From: Amoebophrya sp. A120
Taxonomy: Eukaryota > Protista > Dinoflagellata
Assembly: GCA_905178155.1 (NCBI GenBank)
Contig: CAJINV010000001.1
Location: 13,718,664-13,782,663, forward strand
DNA: 64,000 nucleotides
Direction of reading: 5' to 3'
Positions within the stretch are counted from its first letter, which is position 1; each line of letters opens with the position of its first letter. The notes beneath the pieces were generated by a model. It saw only the letters and a program-made list of their open reading frames with translations. It was not told the origin of the DNA and searched no databases. The translations under genes and the position numbers were made by a program. Below are positions 1 to 12,309 of the stretch, piece after piece.

Positions 1-9
1 TTTTTTTTT

Positions 10-612
10 TTGGATCGCGGAGAGCTATGTGAGGTTTTGAAAACCAAAACCTCGTATAGCCCCCTCGAAATTCGGGCGGCGCGGCAGCGCCGCGAAGATT
101 TTTTTTTTTGGGTTCGCGGAGGGCTATGTGAGGTTTTGAAAGCCAAAACCTCGTATAGCCTCCTCGAAATTTGGGCGGCGCGGCAGCGCCGCGGAGAATT
201 TTTTTTGGTTCGCGGATAGCTATGCGAGGTTTTGAAAATCAAAACCTCGTATAGCCTTCTCGAAATTTGGGCGGCGTAGCAGCGCCACGAAAAGTATATT
301 TCCTACCCGGGCCTTTTTTTTTCAAAACCTCGTATAGCCTCTCCGAAATCTGGGCGGCATATTTTTTTTTTGGTTCCCGGATGGCTATGTGAGGTTTTGA
401 AAACTAAAACCTCGCATAGCCCCCTCTAAATTTGGGCGGCGCGGCAGCGTCGTGAAGAATTTTTTTTGGTTCGCGGAGGGCTATGCGAGGTTTTGGAAGC
501 CAAAACCTTGGATAGCCCCCTCAAAATTTGGGCGGCGTGGCAGCGCCGCGAAGGAGTTTTTTTATTTTGGTTCGCGGAGCGCTATGTCAGGTTCCGAAAA
601 CCAAAACCCCAC
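10..612. repeat. Tandem array of ~96-100-bp units with internal hairpins
   Basis: The unit TTGGTTCGCGGAGGGCTATGTGAGGTTTTGAAAACCAAAACCTCGTATAGCC...GGGCGGCGCGGCAGCGCCGCGAAG recurs near 10, 109, 205, 370, 466 and 567, with a partial copy near 320. GCTAT-GAGGTTTT/AAAACCTC-ATAGC is self-complementary. Confidence 0.9.
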
Positions 613-757
613 GTAAGCCTCAGGGGGTCGCATCGGGTAAGTCGCGCCAACGCGCGGGCGCAGGGGCTGCAGCGCTGCATTTGGTTTCTACCGTCAGTGG
701 TGTGGGCCAGAATGTGAAAAGTCATTTGACCTGTGACCTTTATGAAAGGGCCGCTAA

Positions 758-985
758 TTACGTCATGTAGAGTACTCGAAAACCAGTGCGCTTCGCTGGG
801 CGGTTCGGAGTGACAACGCGCCGATGGTAAACTTGTTGTTGCGGGCCGACGCGGATATCATTTCGGAGGAACGCTTGCTGCTGCAGGAAGCAGATTCTGA
901 TCGGCTGCGGCAGTTCCTGCGAAACACAATTCGGGCCGAGAAGATACGGCTCGGCCATATCATCGATAATGCTCTGCAGACATAA
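758..985 (+). CDS. Ankyrin-repeat-like coding fragment (terminal exon or remnant)
   Basis: A + frame not in the ORF track reads VEYSKTSALRWAVRSDNAPMVNLLLRADAD...NALQT*, resembling the ankyrin pattern TALHxA...NxxMVxLLLxxGAD. No upstream exon identified. Confidence 0.45.
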   Translation, partial: LRHVEYSKTSALRWAVRSDNAPMVNLLLRADADIISEERLLLQEADSDRLRQFLRNTIRAEKIRLGHIIDNALQT

Positions 986-1869
986 AGCAGTACTCGTATG
1001 CGACTTTGTTCTGCACGTGGCGGCGGGGCGCTGTTTAGATTCAAAGCTGTCCCCGCATCCGCACAAGAACTAGTGATTTTGGTTTAATTACATGTTTCAG
1101 TTTCGCTCAGTATTGAATAACAGCGTCTTGCGTCTGGTGTTTGTCTTCTCGGAAAATGTGTTTCACTAGATCACGTGTGTTCATGCTTGGAGTCCGGAAA
1201 ACGCGGAACACTCTGTCTGTGCTGTCGTGGTCGCTCTGCGTAGTATTGTCGATTCACTTCTTTAAAACCTCTGTGACGCGAAGTAGCTGCGTCAGAAATC
1301 GTTCGTCCGAAAGTCGTCCTACTAGCTGGAAGCTGTTCGGTGTCGGTTTGTCTGTTTAGTGTCGGTTTGTAAAATTGTCGACGTCATCGTCTTGTCAATG
1401 TCAATCAAGACTGGATTTCGGTCTTCGTATTCATCGTCCAACACCGTCTCCTTTCCTGCGTCCCGCGTTCGTATCGTCCACTACGTGCGTTGTATGGTGC
1501 GCATGGATTTGGAGATGAAAACATCCATCGTCACTAGGTGTAGCTTGTGTAGTCTTTCAATTTAGACTGATTTCGTAAATCCTGATCCTCATCCCTGCGC
1601 AGCTCCCTGAATCGTCATTCGCTCTGGTGCATACGAGTAGGAAGTGTATACTTTTAGTAAATCAATCCAAATATTTTTTTACTCTTTTTCTGTGCCGCAT
1701 TTTTGACGTCATAGCCAAGCCAACCAGTTTCTCTACCCTTGAGTTTTGCACTGGCTTGCTGCTTTCTCGATCTTATGTCTTTCTTATGGTGATGGTAAGG
1801 ATAGAAGTACCCAAACTCAATCCCGATTTTTTTTGAGGACTGACGGAAGAACGAAAAGAAACACCCCCA

Positions 1870-2297
1870 TGATGTGCGAATTCGTCTTCATTTTTATTGG
1901 GATCGGCATCGTAACGTGTGGCGCACTAGCCGGCATTGCAGTGGTCATCAGCAATGTTACGGGAGATGACGAAGAACAACAGTACCTTTTTATGTTTGTG
2001 ACTACGCTTTCCTTTTGCTGCATGGTTGTGATTCCTCGTGGAAACCAAGTATTGATTTGTCAAGAAAAAGAAATCTTTATCTCGTCCATCCAATTTCCCC
2101 TCTTCAGGTGGATTCGCAGTCTGTATAGCAAGAAGACACGGGATCGGAGGAAGCGAGACGAGCTTTACGTGAGAGCCTTGCTTGCGAGCTACACATTAGA
2201 TCCCGCCGGGTTCGGACTCGGGTTCGGGATAGGAGGCTATGGGGCGGTGCCACCTGGGGGATACGAGAATGCGAACAACATCCAGTGCGCGCCATAG
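1870..2297 (+). CDS. Small hypothetical membrane protein
   Basis: ORF 1746-2297; two hydrophobic stretches follow the ATG at 1870. Confidence 0.4.
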
Positions 2298-2997
2298 CAT
2301 TGTTGAACCAGTACTCAAAGTATCGTTGTGCTTGTGTACTGCTGACCAGGACGAGGACGACGCTTCGGAGTTTGAAGTCTAGACATGTCTGTCTCTTCCT
2401 CACTCAGGAAAAAATGCAGACTCCCATTGTTTAACAGCCCACACTTTTCTTTGGTCAACCAGAAACATAAAAATCTCGCGCAACGTACTTGTCTGTAAAG
2501 TTGGTACTTATCTGGATTACAGGCTACTCGAATACCACCATTCCGTTCTCAGCCCTTTGCCTCTACTATGAATAGGTTATGATTTGTTCAACTTCAAGTG
2601 TTCTACCTAGGATCTCCTGGTCGAAATGGAAATACTCTGGTTTGAGAAAGCTGTGAAGATGATCTTAGACTGATTCTCAGGTTCACTAAACGAGGAGCCG
2701 TCGATCTTGTTCAAAGAAATCAATAAAAGGATCATGATGTGTTCCCGGCTCGGTTTATTTTGTAATTGTCAATCATGTCATGGAAAAGGGTAACGGGTGG
2801 TCATGATAAGGATAACCAACAAGCATATTCAGTGATACCATTCTTCTTCGAGCAAGTGTCCCGGTTTTTGGTCCGCCTAAAAGTAAAAAGCGTAGTGCCG
2901 TTCTTTTTATTCCGCACAGAAAAAAGCGATAGCCTTTACAACCCGAATTACGGGTGCAAAAACATAAAGTTTGTAAACGATCATCCATAATATTGCC

Positions 2998-3759
2998 ATG
3001 ATGGCGAAGTCTCCTTCTCCAACTCAGACCGTGTCCGCAGTTGATCAACAACTCTGTGTGACCTCCGGAGCAGGACGTCTGCCGACGCCGAAAATTTGGA
3101 GTCGTTGGACGGTCGAAAATGACGATCCAAGCAGTGGCCCGTCGGCGGCGACTACTTTCACGCTGCGCAACGCTGTGGTGCCCGATCTCGAGGAGGTTCA
3201 TAAGATGATTTATGAACTAGCTGTCTACGAAAAAGAGGAGGACCAGATGAAGCTCCCGCTGGAGCAATTCATCCGAGACTCGGGGCTGCCCGGAAGCGGA
3301 AACGTAGATCGCGAAGACGGCAGCGGGCCGCAGCGGTACCAATGTCTGGTGCTGTCTGCGCAGCAAGCGGACGTTGAACCATCATCACGCGCAATAAATA
3401 CCGAGCAGCAGAGCGAAGCAGTAACAAAGGAGAAAATTGTGGGCTACGCGCTCTACTTTTTCACCTATTCCACCTGGGAGGGGCGAGCTTTCTACCTGGA
3501 GGATTTGTACGTGCGCCCCGAGGTGCGGAAGGGGGGCCTGGGGACGAAGATGGTTTACTGTCTCGCGAAGATTGCCGCGGTGGAAAATTGCTGCCGCCTG
3601 CAGTGGCAGTGTATCGATTGGAACACAAGCAGTTTGGAGTTTTACTACAAGAAGCTCAAGGCCGAAGAGCGCACGGAAACCAACGACGCCAAGTGGGTCA
3701 ACATCTGGCTCAAGCGGGCGCGGATTCTCGAAATGGCAGCGGAATTTGACGGGGAGTGA
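2998..3759 (+). CDS. GNAT family diamine/polyamine N-acetyltransferase (SSAT/SAT2-like)
   Basis: Motifs IYELAVYEK, VGYALYFFTYSTWEGRAFYLEDLYVRPEVRKGGLG and WQCIDWNTSSLEFY are typical of SSAT-type GNATs. Confidence 0.88.
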   Translation: MMAKSPSPTQTVSAVDQQLCVTSGAGRLPTPKIWSRWTVENDDPSSGPSAATTFTLRNAVVPDLEEVHKMIYELAVYEKEEDQMKLPLEQFIRDSGLPGSGNVDREDGSGPQRYQCLVLSAQQADVEPSSRAINTEQQSEAVTKEKIVGYALYFFTYSTWEGRAFYLEDLYVRPEVRKGGLGTKMVYCLAKIAAVENCCRLQWQCIDWNTSSLEFYYKKLKAEERTETNDAKWVNIWLKRARILEMAAEFDGE

Positions 3760-4779
3760 TGTTGAAGGCCCAGCGCTGAAGCTGCTGTCAAAAACTGGCT
3801 TTACTTTGCTCGTCCGGTCGTTGCCGTAGGCGTACGAGAAGAAGATGCCTATGCAGCCAAGACGCGCGCACCATTCTGAAGTTTTGCAGCACCGAGATTG
3901 TAATCGTGAAGAATTTGAAGAACAACATGAACAACAACAAACGTCGCAGACCTCAATGACAGATCGAGGGGTAGAGAAGTCCCTGCGCTAGTCTAATACT
4001 GCACATCATTTTGACTCCGCGCTCATACCTCAATAAACGCAAACACCCAAAGGCAGCTAAGTACCCCTGCCGTCATCGGAAGCAAAGATCGCACGGAAAT
4101 ATCATACAGACATAACCCGCAACCGGCATCTAGCTCTGCCCTTATTGAATGGAAACACATCAGAAGAATACGCGTGAACGGCTCAAACTACAACAGGAAA
4201 GAGATTTTTTCACAGAATGGCGATCGACATTCATGCTTGCCACATGTAATTGTGGTGTGAGTTCTTCTTTTGTGGTTTACTTGCAGTAAGTAACAAGTTC
4301 ATTCTGTTTTCCTGAGCGACGGACACTAACACTTACACCTTCAGAGAGCAGGGAAGATCTTACAGAGTGGCTGCAACATCTTGCAGGAAAGTATAGAGGA
4401 AAAGAGCGAGACTGAGGTGAATAGATTCTCCCAACCGGTATCAAGTTCTGGTATTATTTCACAAAAGATGTGAACAGATTGGAAAGATTAGCGCGCCGCA
4501 TCATTTGCCTCCCGACGCCGACGAGCAGCGCGCGGCCTGACGTGAGACGATGCCCTTTCGCAGCGGTCCGGTACGGGGCATATCATACAGAAAAGTAGTA
4601 CAACACTCACACTGATTCTGACCAGGTCACCGAGCATTTGCATTTCTATCCCAAGCGCAACATCAGCTGAGTAGAGGCTGTTGTCTCACTCCCGCATCGC
4701 GGAGTGAACAAGAAACCACAGAGGACAATCAACGGGATATTAAACATTGTGTGATCACAATTACTTTTCCATATGATAG

Positions 4780-7136
4780 GGAAACGAAGTCGCGCAGTGG
4801 AGCTGCGTCGATGTCGCAGAGTGGCTGAGAAGCCTGGAATTACCGCAGCATGCGCTGGCGTTTCAAGAAGTGGGCATCGACGGCCCGACGCTCTTGCAGC
4901 TGACACAGCAGGATATCAAGGAGCAATTTGAAGGCCTGTAAGAGCTGCATAAAAATTGATGTTGTCTTTTTTTCTATTTGGGAAGAAAGGTAGAGGTATC
5001 TATGTCGTGATTGTTCCTCCAGACTTTCACTTGGCTGAACCTGAGTCCAAGCGCTCAAAGAAACAACAAAAAAAACTAAACAGCGTGCCCGGATTGCAGG
5101 GATGGATTGCATCCAAGAAGATTGCGGGACACATCAACATATTTAAGCTTCACCTAGGGCAGGAGTCGGTACTTGAGCTTGTTTATCGCTCATATTTCTA
5201 GTTCCACCTTGCTGATGCTGTTTCTCTGCAATCACGAGCAGAAAAGATAAGGACCATACTGCGAAATCATATTTATCAGACTGAAAATGAAAATCACCAC
5301 AGAGCCTTGCGGAGCTGGAGATGTCAGCCATATCCTCCCTACGTGGCCGGAGCCCAGTGCCACCAGTAAACACTAGGCCACGACTACGCAAAAAAAAAGT
5401 TGTGCCTGTGGTTGCGTATCGTTTTTGGAGCAACAGTTCGGCCAGTATGCTCGGCATAAGTAATTGACTCGCGTCAGATGGGGGCTGCATGAAACATTCA
5501 GAAACTCGGCTTTCGGTCCACAGCGAGTGATACCGTCAACGCCATGCATGTCCTGCAATACCAGACGCAGATACAACTTTTTTTCTTGCATAGCGACCAG
5601 CCACTGCGGACGAAATCAAGAAAGCATCGCACTCGTACAGACTATATATATTGTTTCTGCTTCAAACGCACTGGGCCTTGGTGCTAAGAATGAAGAAAGT
5701 GCAATAGATTAAGACGATCTACCGCTTGCAAGAGTAGTGGCACCTCATGAAGATTGCAAGCACATTCAGCACAATCGTTCCACAAAAGCTACAAACCTGT
5801 TTGCGAATTGTCACACAGAACAACCGCGTCGAGCAATAACAACGCCGTCTCCTCTGGCTCGGGGTCCGCTCGTATTATCAGGAAAAAGCTGCCCGCCCCA
5901 AACTGTCATGCGGGATTTCCTGTCAGAGACAGAGTCAGCACAGATTTTCTGTACAGCTCGCTCCCGGATGATCGCCCAGAAAAAGTGTAGGCTCTATCAT
6001 TTTGCTGTCATGCTGCCCTCTCAAGCGATTCACGTTTCTTATATTCTGCAATGCGAAATTGACGATTTGCATTTGAGGACGTAGTGCAGTTTCTGCGTGC
6101 GGCCGGGGGCTTTTTGTCGCTCTGATAGCAGGAAGTATGCACACACGCCGAAGCTCGCGACCACGGACCGCAAACGCAGGTAGTTCATCTGAGAAACAAG
6201 GAAACCCTGGTCGTTCTTTTCAACGCTTTGGTTGTTGTAGCTTCAAGGTTCTTTTCCGCCGTACGCTGATGTAGCAAGAGACAAGGTTGAGTACGTAGTC
6301 TAAGAACTTAGTATCCACTTCCACTACCCGAGCGGCGAGCACGGGAAAAAACCAATGTAAAACAGCCTCCCTGTCGCAGCTCTCCATGGATCCAGTGGAC
6401 ACAAGCGATGTTATCACGAAGAGAATATCCTCCTCCCGATGCTCAAAAAAGAACGTGTCTTGCATGATTTCGGGTCCCTGCAGGTGCCATACACAAATAT
6501 TCTGAAGGCAGAACAGATCCATCTGATGTCTGCGCAGCTGTGCAACAGCGTAGCTGTTTGGCATATGGTAAAGAGTCTTTAGATTTATTTGCAGTGCGGA
6601 GCAGTGATAGAAATTGAAATGCACCACAGGCTCAGGCAAGCGCTATGGGATTCCATCGGAGCATGGGGAGGAGATTTCTTTCCCCGTGATGGATGTGATG
6701 CTCCATACGCAGCGCTCGCAAAGTTTTTTGACGGAACAGATGAGCACCTTCGATTTGCGGCGAAGAAGCCGTACTGCGTGTTTTCGTTAACAGTATTAGA
6801 CTCTGCTTTGGTTATTACTGCATTTTCTCTGACCAACCAGCGTGTAGTGTCTATGTCTATGAGTATCAAGATCACACTCATTACACAGATAAGGGCACCA
6901 TGAGCCAGGCCAAGCGGAATGTTTCGGAGGGTCTCTATCTCCGCGGTGCCGCTTCCCCCGGCGTCTGCCGGTACGATGTGCATATTCCCGATGCGAAGAG
7001 CCGTCGAGGCGGAGTGATGAGCAGAGCCCCGAGATTCGAGCAGAAGCGACCGCATCTAGTGCACGCAGAAAGACCACCACCGGGGCCTCAAAGCTACGTG
7101 CCGAACTTTCTCGCGAAAAGTAGAGCGGTGAGATAA
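4780..7136 (+). CDS. Multi-exon gene: SAM domain and C-terminal SHIPPO/ODF3-like PG-rich motifs (5' end and middle exons unresolved)
   Basis: Exon 4780-4937 reads GNEVAQWSCVDVAEWLRSLELPQHALAFQEVGIDGPTLLQLTQQDIKEQFEG (SAM pattern). GT-AG intron 4938-5083 joins it in frame to VPGLQGWIASKKIAGHINIFK. The last exon (~6888-7136) has SPGVCRY, SRAPRF and PPGPQSYVP. That these form one gene is inferred. Confidence 0.55.
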
Positions 7137-8416
7137 AGTAACTTCGTCGCGGAGGAAAGTCAAAGAAACGGAATTTGCGAACTTGCTGCATTCCCAATGT
7201 AAGATCTAGTTTCAGTGAAGTCTCTGGCCGACTTGATTTTAGTCTTTTACCACAAACATATTCCAGATGGACAATGAATTCAGGGAATCAATTTCCGACC
7301 TTAGGTGTACTTATCTGATCATTTGCATTTTCAACTGATAGATAAATTGATGAAACCGATAACCTTATTTCAATGACACCAAAAATGAACCAAGAGATGT
7401 TGACTCTTCGTGACAATGAATCAATGTTGCATACTAGGACGAGTCGGGCACGGGCGTTTAGACTCTTTCACTTTCCATCTTCAAACAGACAGGGCGTCAG
7501 GGCAAAAGCATGCCCTGACATGTGAGCTTTTGATCTTTCACGGTACGGAAATCCACACTGTATAATGGGCACTGCTGCGTTAGCGGCGGACAGTAGAGCA
7601 TTGTATCTAGACATGAGGGGCATTCCTGCTGTAATCGTTTGTATAGTACAGGTGCAGTAAAAGCGAGCCGAACTGACGGAAGTTGTCTCTGGTAACCGCT
7701 TGACTGTTCTGCAAGAGCATGTCAAAGTGTTCGATTTGGTCTGAGACAACACATATAAGAATGTGATGTTAAAGTGGATCCAAAACCATCCGACGCGATT
7801 GCGATCTCAAACTGTATTTGAACGAAAGTACTGCGTCTCTGACGCACCCAAATGCGATACGATCCTAGCGAGGAGTGTCGGACGATCGTTTGGATATCGG
7901 CTACAGCAATCGCGAACGCGAAATAAGAGCGCCGCAAATGCTGGATCATTTTTTCTTTTTCGTGACTGAGAATTGGGATCAGAGCCATTGATTTCATTTA
8001 TAGCGAGCCAGCTCGTGCTCGTCTCAGCCAGCTCGTGCTCGTCTCACTCTCGAAGGATGTGTCCCGACCCTAATTCTCTTTTTTTGATGACAGGGCTAAA
8101 CAACACACGTTGTAGTAGGGCTTGTTTCTCGTGTACGATACATTCTTCGGAGGACGGACGTTTGCATCCGTCCTTACGAGAAGTTGCTGCACACGTACTC
8201 ATTTTTTTAAAATTTCGACAAAGAACTAGAGCACCAAGAGACAAAAAGTCTATCGTTTTTTTTATCCAAGATTTTCTCTAGATTTCTGAAGAGGTCTGTC
8301 ATACACGGAAGAGGATTACGCATTTGCAGTATGTATCGGGCATAGGTTTACACTAGACTATCAGCATTGATCTTAGAAGTTTCATAGACGGAAAATCATT
8401 TCCAAAACACGAAAAC

Positions 8417-9661
8417 ATGTCGCTTTTTGGACGATTGGGTTGCTTCAGCTTGTTGGCTATCCTCGTGACGGTTGGCGGGCCTCTGTTCTGCGCAGCCAGC
8501 ACTCCGTCTCGGTCTCCGCTTCGAGGACGGTCGACGAAGCGTGTTCACTGGGACAAGTCGACCACAAAGATTAGATCGTTTTCCGGTGAAAGAAACTGTG
8601 ATCGCACACAAAGACTGTTCAACGTCGGAGGACCGTGGTGGGCGGAATCTGCGGACACGCGCACGCCTCGGGTCTGTACCATAACCCCAAACTACGCTAA
8701 TTTGCACCTAAACGCATTTCCCTTTTTGGGCAAGGGGAAGCCAACGAATTTGCCGCCGCAGAAGCAGATCAATGGCACCAGTGAACAAGAGCAGGGAGAA
8801 ATAAAAAAGCCGTTCATCGCAAGTATTTTCTCAGCTTCAGTGTCCTCAGAGGTACATGGAAAGCCGCGCTACCTGATATTCCAAAGAGTTGACGGCACTA
8901 GCAACCGGCGCGAATCTGTCACGATTTACCCGGATCGGGTAAACGACAACGACCCTGGGGATGAGGACATGGAAATTGGGGCCTTCCTAAAACCTGGCGG
9001 ACGGTACTTCGAATATTACACCACCGATAGCAAAGGGGAAAGAGTTAATCGACTTTCCGGAAGTACGCCGATTCGGCACCTCGATGACTGGCAGAAGGGG
9101 AAACGTGAAATCGTCCTGCACTACGAATTCACCCGCAGCAGCGCAGTAGAGAACGTGTACCTCGACCCGGTTGCAAACCTGACGGGGGAGCTGCAGGCAC
9201 TGAATGTCGGACCGCCATACGTCGGCGAGCAAACTGACGAGCAGAAGTGGGCGGCGTTGCACAATGCAAAGAAGTATCAGGCAAGCGAGGATCTCGTGCT
9301 GCAAGACATACGCAGCCCAGCGGTTGACATAAAAGACGCGGAGGACTTTTTGCTTAACCGGTTTCCGTTCGAGGACGTGCGCCGGAAGTACCGCGTTATG
9401 GAACCGCTCGTCCGAATTGCGCCCCGGCTGCTCGAGTATGCAACACCGGACGTGGAGGCGGCACTGAGGCTGAAAGAGTTATCTAGAACCTGTGACGTCC
9501 CGGGGCCGGATTGTGTAGCTGGTACAAAAATTTGTGGTGTTTATTCTCCTTTCTCGATTGGCAATGCAGATCTTCGCGCTGTGTGCTCTTCATGCTTTTT
9601 CGAATACATTCTTGTTCAAAACGCGCGTCGTGAACGTCCGCAACTTACTTGCGCTAAATGA
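8417..9661 (+). CDS. Putative secreted protein, paralog of 12310-14382
   Basis: 414-aa ORF with a hydrophobic N-terminus. Shares FLxPGGxYFEY, VNRLxGxTPxRxLDxW, YQxSEDLVL and LVxxAPRLLxYATxDV with the neighbouring gene. Confidence 0.8.
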   Translation: MSLFGRLGCFSLLAILVTVGGPLFCAASTPSRSPLRGRSTKRVHWDKSTTKIRSFSGERNCDRTQRLFNVGGPWWAESADTRTPRVCTITPNYANLHLNAFPFLGKGKPTNLPPQKQINGTSEQEQGEIKKPFIASIFSASVSSEVHGKPRYLIFQRVDGTSNRRESVTIYPDRVNDNDPGDEDMEIGAFLKPGGRYFEYYTTDSKGERVNRLSGSTPIRHLDDWQKGKREIVLHYEFTRSSAVENVYLDPVANLTGELQALNVGPPYVGEQTDEQKWAALHNAKKYQASEDLVLQDIRSPAVDIKDAEDFLLNRFPFEDVRRKYRVMEPLVRIAPRLLEYATPDVEAALRLKELSRTCDVPGPDCVAGTKICGVYSPFSIGNADLRAVCSSCFFEYILVQNARRERPQLTCAK

Positions 9662-12309
9662 AACACTGAGCCTTCTGTATTCTTTTTCACATCTTCGTTA
9701 CAGGTACATACAAAACGAACGTGGAAGCCCCCAAGACGCCGGAGGCTCCGGCACTGGTTCGGAAGGAGCGAAAGAAAAAAAGGATTTTTAAAGGTTGGGA
9801 GTGAAGCGACGTCGAAGCGACAAGCTGATGGTCGCTGACTATGATAAGTAAATCAGATGCTGCAGGCGTTTGCATGGAGCATCGCAATACCTAGGAGCGA
9901 GTAGTCTCGTTTTACCTATGGCTTATTTTATCTGGTGCTCCTTACTGCTAGCTGGTCTAGCGTTGAGCTCGTTTGAAGCGAGGAGCAAGGAAAAAATACA
10001 TGTACGCCTCCCTGCACTGCTTTGAGAGTGAGACAGTTTGCTTATTAAAAGAGCTGGCAACAGTCACTCATTTTGACTATTTGTTGCTATCCACCTAAGT
10101 GTTTCTATCATGATGCTGTGAGAATTTCTAGAAAGGCAATGCAACGGACGTAAAGAAAGTTTCGTTCTTAAATAAAGTAGCAAAAGGAAGAGAAGCTTCA
10201 CTCGTGTATGATAGGGATTTTGCTTGCGTTGAAGTTCTCTTGAAAGGGAGCCTCTCACGCAGTCGCTAGAGCCCTCTGGCTGCGTCGAGGAAGTCGGCTT
10301 GAGAGTTGACCCCTCGCGCATTGACGTTTAGAGTTGATACGGTATTATCAGTCAGTTTGGCACAGCTTTGCGGGTACACTCGTCCGCACGAATCCCCAAG
10401 CTGAGGTGGACTCCCTGAAGGTATCACTTCTTCTCGTACATATCACTTCTTCTCGTGCAGGGAAGTTTGAACAAAAAGAGGCCGGGTTTTGATTCATTTT
10501 CGCATTTACTCTGCAGTTTGAAGCTGTACGTAGAATACACATGCATTTGCTGTGCAGATTGAAAGCGCTTTGTCGCATATGTAAAGAGTAGGGAATGAAA
10601 TACACCATGCATTTTTTGCTGTCCAGATCCATTGACAGTGCTTTGTTGCGTTTGTAAAAAGCACACTAACGCTTGAGTGCAGACGTTGAAAAGTGCTTCG
10701 CGCTGTGAAATGGAATAGGGGAGGAGTACAAGCAAGCAAGTCGTGTGGTAAAGTAAGTCATCATTGATTTCTTTCCAGTACGACTCACTTACACTTGAGC
10801 ACGCGTAGACACCAGGTGCCCCGTTTCTGGGGTACCCAGGAGCCGCATCCTCCCTCGCTGGGCATAAGCGGATCCGTCCGCAAGGGTCTCTTCTCGACGA
10901 ACTTAATTACAATACAAGATTAGACATGTAGCAGTAGCCACTGAGACACATCGGAAAACTTATGATTTGTCATCCGCTCACTCACGCGCACCATTACGGA
11001 CACCGCTCACTGTGACATCGCAGTAGTTTTTTTACTTCGTAGCGCCGGCTCTGTAGCTTTGATTTGACCTGCAGTTCTGAACTTCTCTATTTGAGGATAA
11101 CAAATACAGCCCGTGCTGTGGAAGAACGAAACGTCAGAGCAAAGCGCAGAACCTGCATAGGAATATACGGTCATTTTGTTTTTTTTTTCGCGTGTGAAGC
11201 TGCATCTGAAGATGCACGCTTTTGGAGCGGGTGCTGAAGGATGAATATCTGCGGTTTTTTGCAAATAGAATCGTGCTGATGTTTCCGACGTCGCATCAGA
11301 TGGAGTCGTGATTATTTTCATTTCTTGAAGAATCACGAGACTGAAGTATCAGGCTGATACTACAGCTTTTTGACTTGTTCTATCTAAGCATCAGAGGATG
11401 TTGAGTGGAACATGATCATGAACTGGATGTTGCTTGATGTGTCTGGAAACTAACTCTCAAAGGAAATGAAAACTGGAAAAAAAAAACGCATAGCCGAGTT
11501 TGTTTATTCCGGAGAGTCAAGAGCTACTGGTATTCCTTCGTCGACCATCTAGCCGATTGTGTTCCTTGGTGTGGGAGTAAGTCCTTGCCGCAGGAGTCGT
11601 GAAGAGGACGGCATCTTCCTCATCGAATTAAAGAAGAAGGCATACAACCTACCGTGGCTTTTGCTACATGTGATTTCCGATCTGCAACCACTTTTCGATC
11701 TAGCGACGCACGCATGCTTACTTGGCGAGGTCTTGATGTCATGGATCTGAATTCACGATAAGAAGTAGCGTATGTGACCGGCGCATCATGGAGGATTATA
11801 CGTCTGTTCACGATCATTATTTTTATCAGCCTCAGCGGCCTTTTTTGTCCATTTTTGTGTTGGATTCGGCGTCGCTCTGGCCGGGCTGCTTCTAAACTTC
11901 CCTGCGGTGTCTGTTTCTACGACTTTCGCAGAAGGGGGCATAAAGGTCATCTCTCTGAATTGACGTCAACCGCGCATATGCACAGCGATAGCGATATACA
12001 CCACACGATTGTCGCCATGCCGCGTTTGGAAGTCACCGCTTTTATTTCGTAATTCGAATAAATTCTCTACGTAAAATTTTCGCTAGCTTAAATTTATTTC
12101 TCAGTCACGCAGAGAAGTACATTGCTTGGTATTGAAATAGATTGATTTGTTTTCCAGATTTAATGACGTACTGTCGGTAGTTATCAATAGAATTTTTTAT
12201 CTTGTTGTTGATAAGAAGGCCATTTTTCTCGTTCTTTGATATCATATATTATAATCCGGTGACTTTTTTGAACCCCACAATCATCCGGGAGCAGGGCTAC
12301 ACTGCGAAA

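Noticed and set aside
10-612. Possible CRISPR array
   Set aside because: The whole unit repeats with no unique spacers, there are no cas genes, and the context is eukaryotic.
1100-1570. Coding-like minus-strand text with a stop and a frameshift
   Set aside because: No recognisable homology; may be a decayed gene but cannot be supported.
8006-8046. 20-bp tandem duplication AGCCAGCTCGTGCTCGTCTC; similar short duplications near 10422 and 28096
   Set aside because: Ordinary slippage-type duplications with no further structure.
9700-12050. Possible minus-strand multi-exon gene (several CTCAC, i.e. GTGAG donors)
   Set aside because: I could not build a consistent reading frame or recognise a domain.
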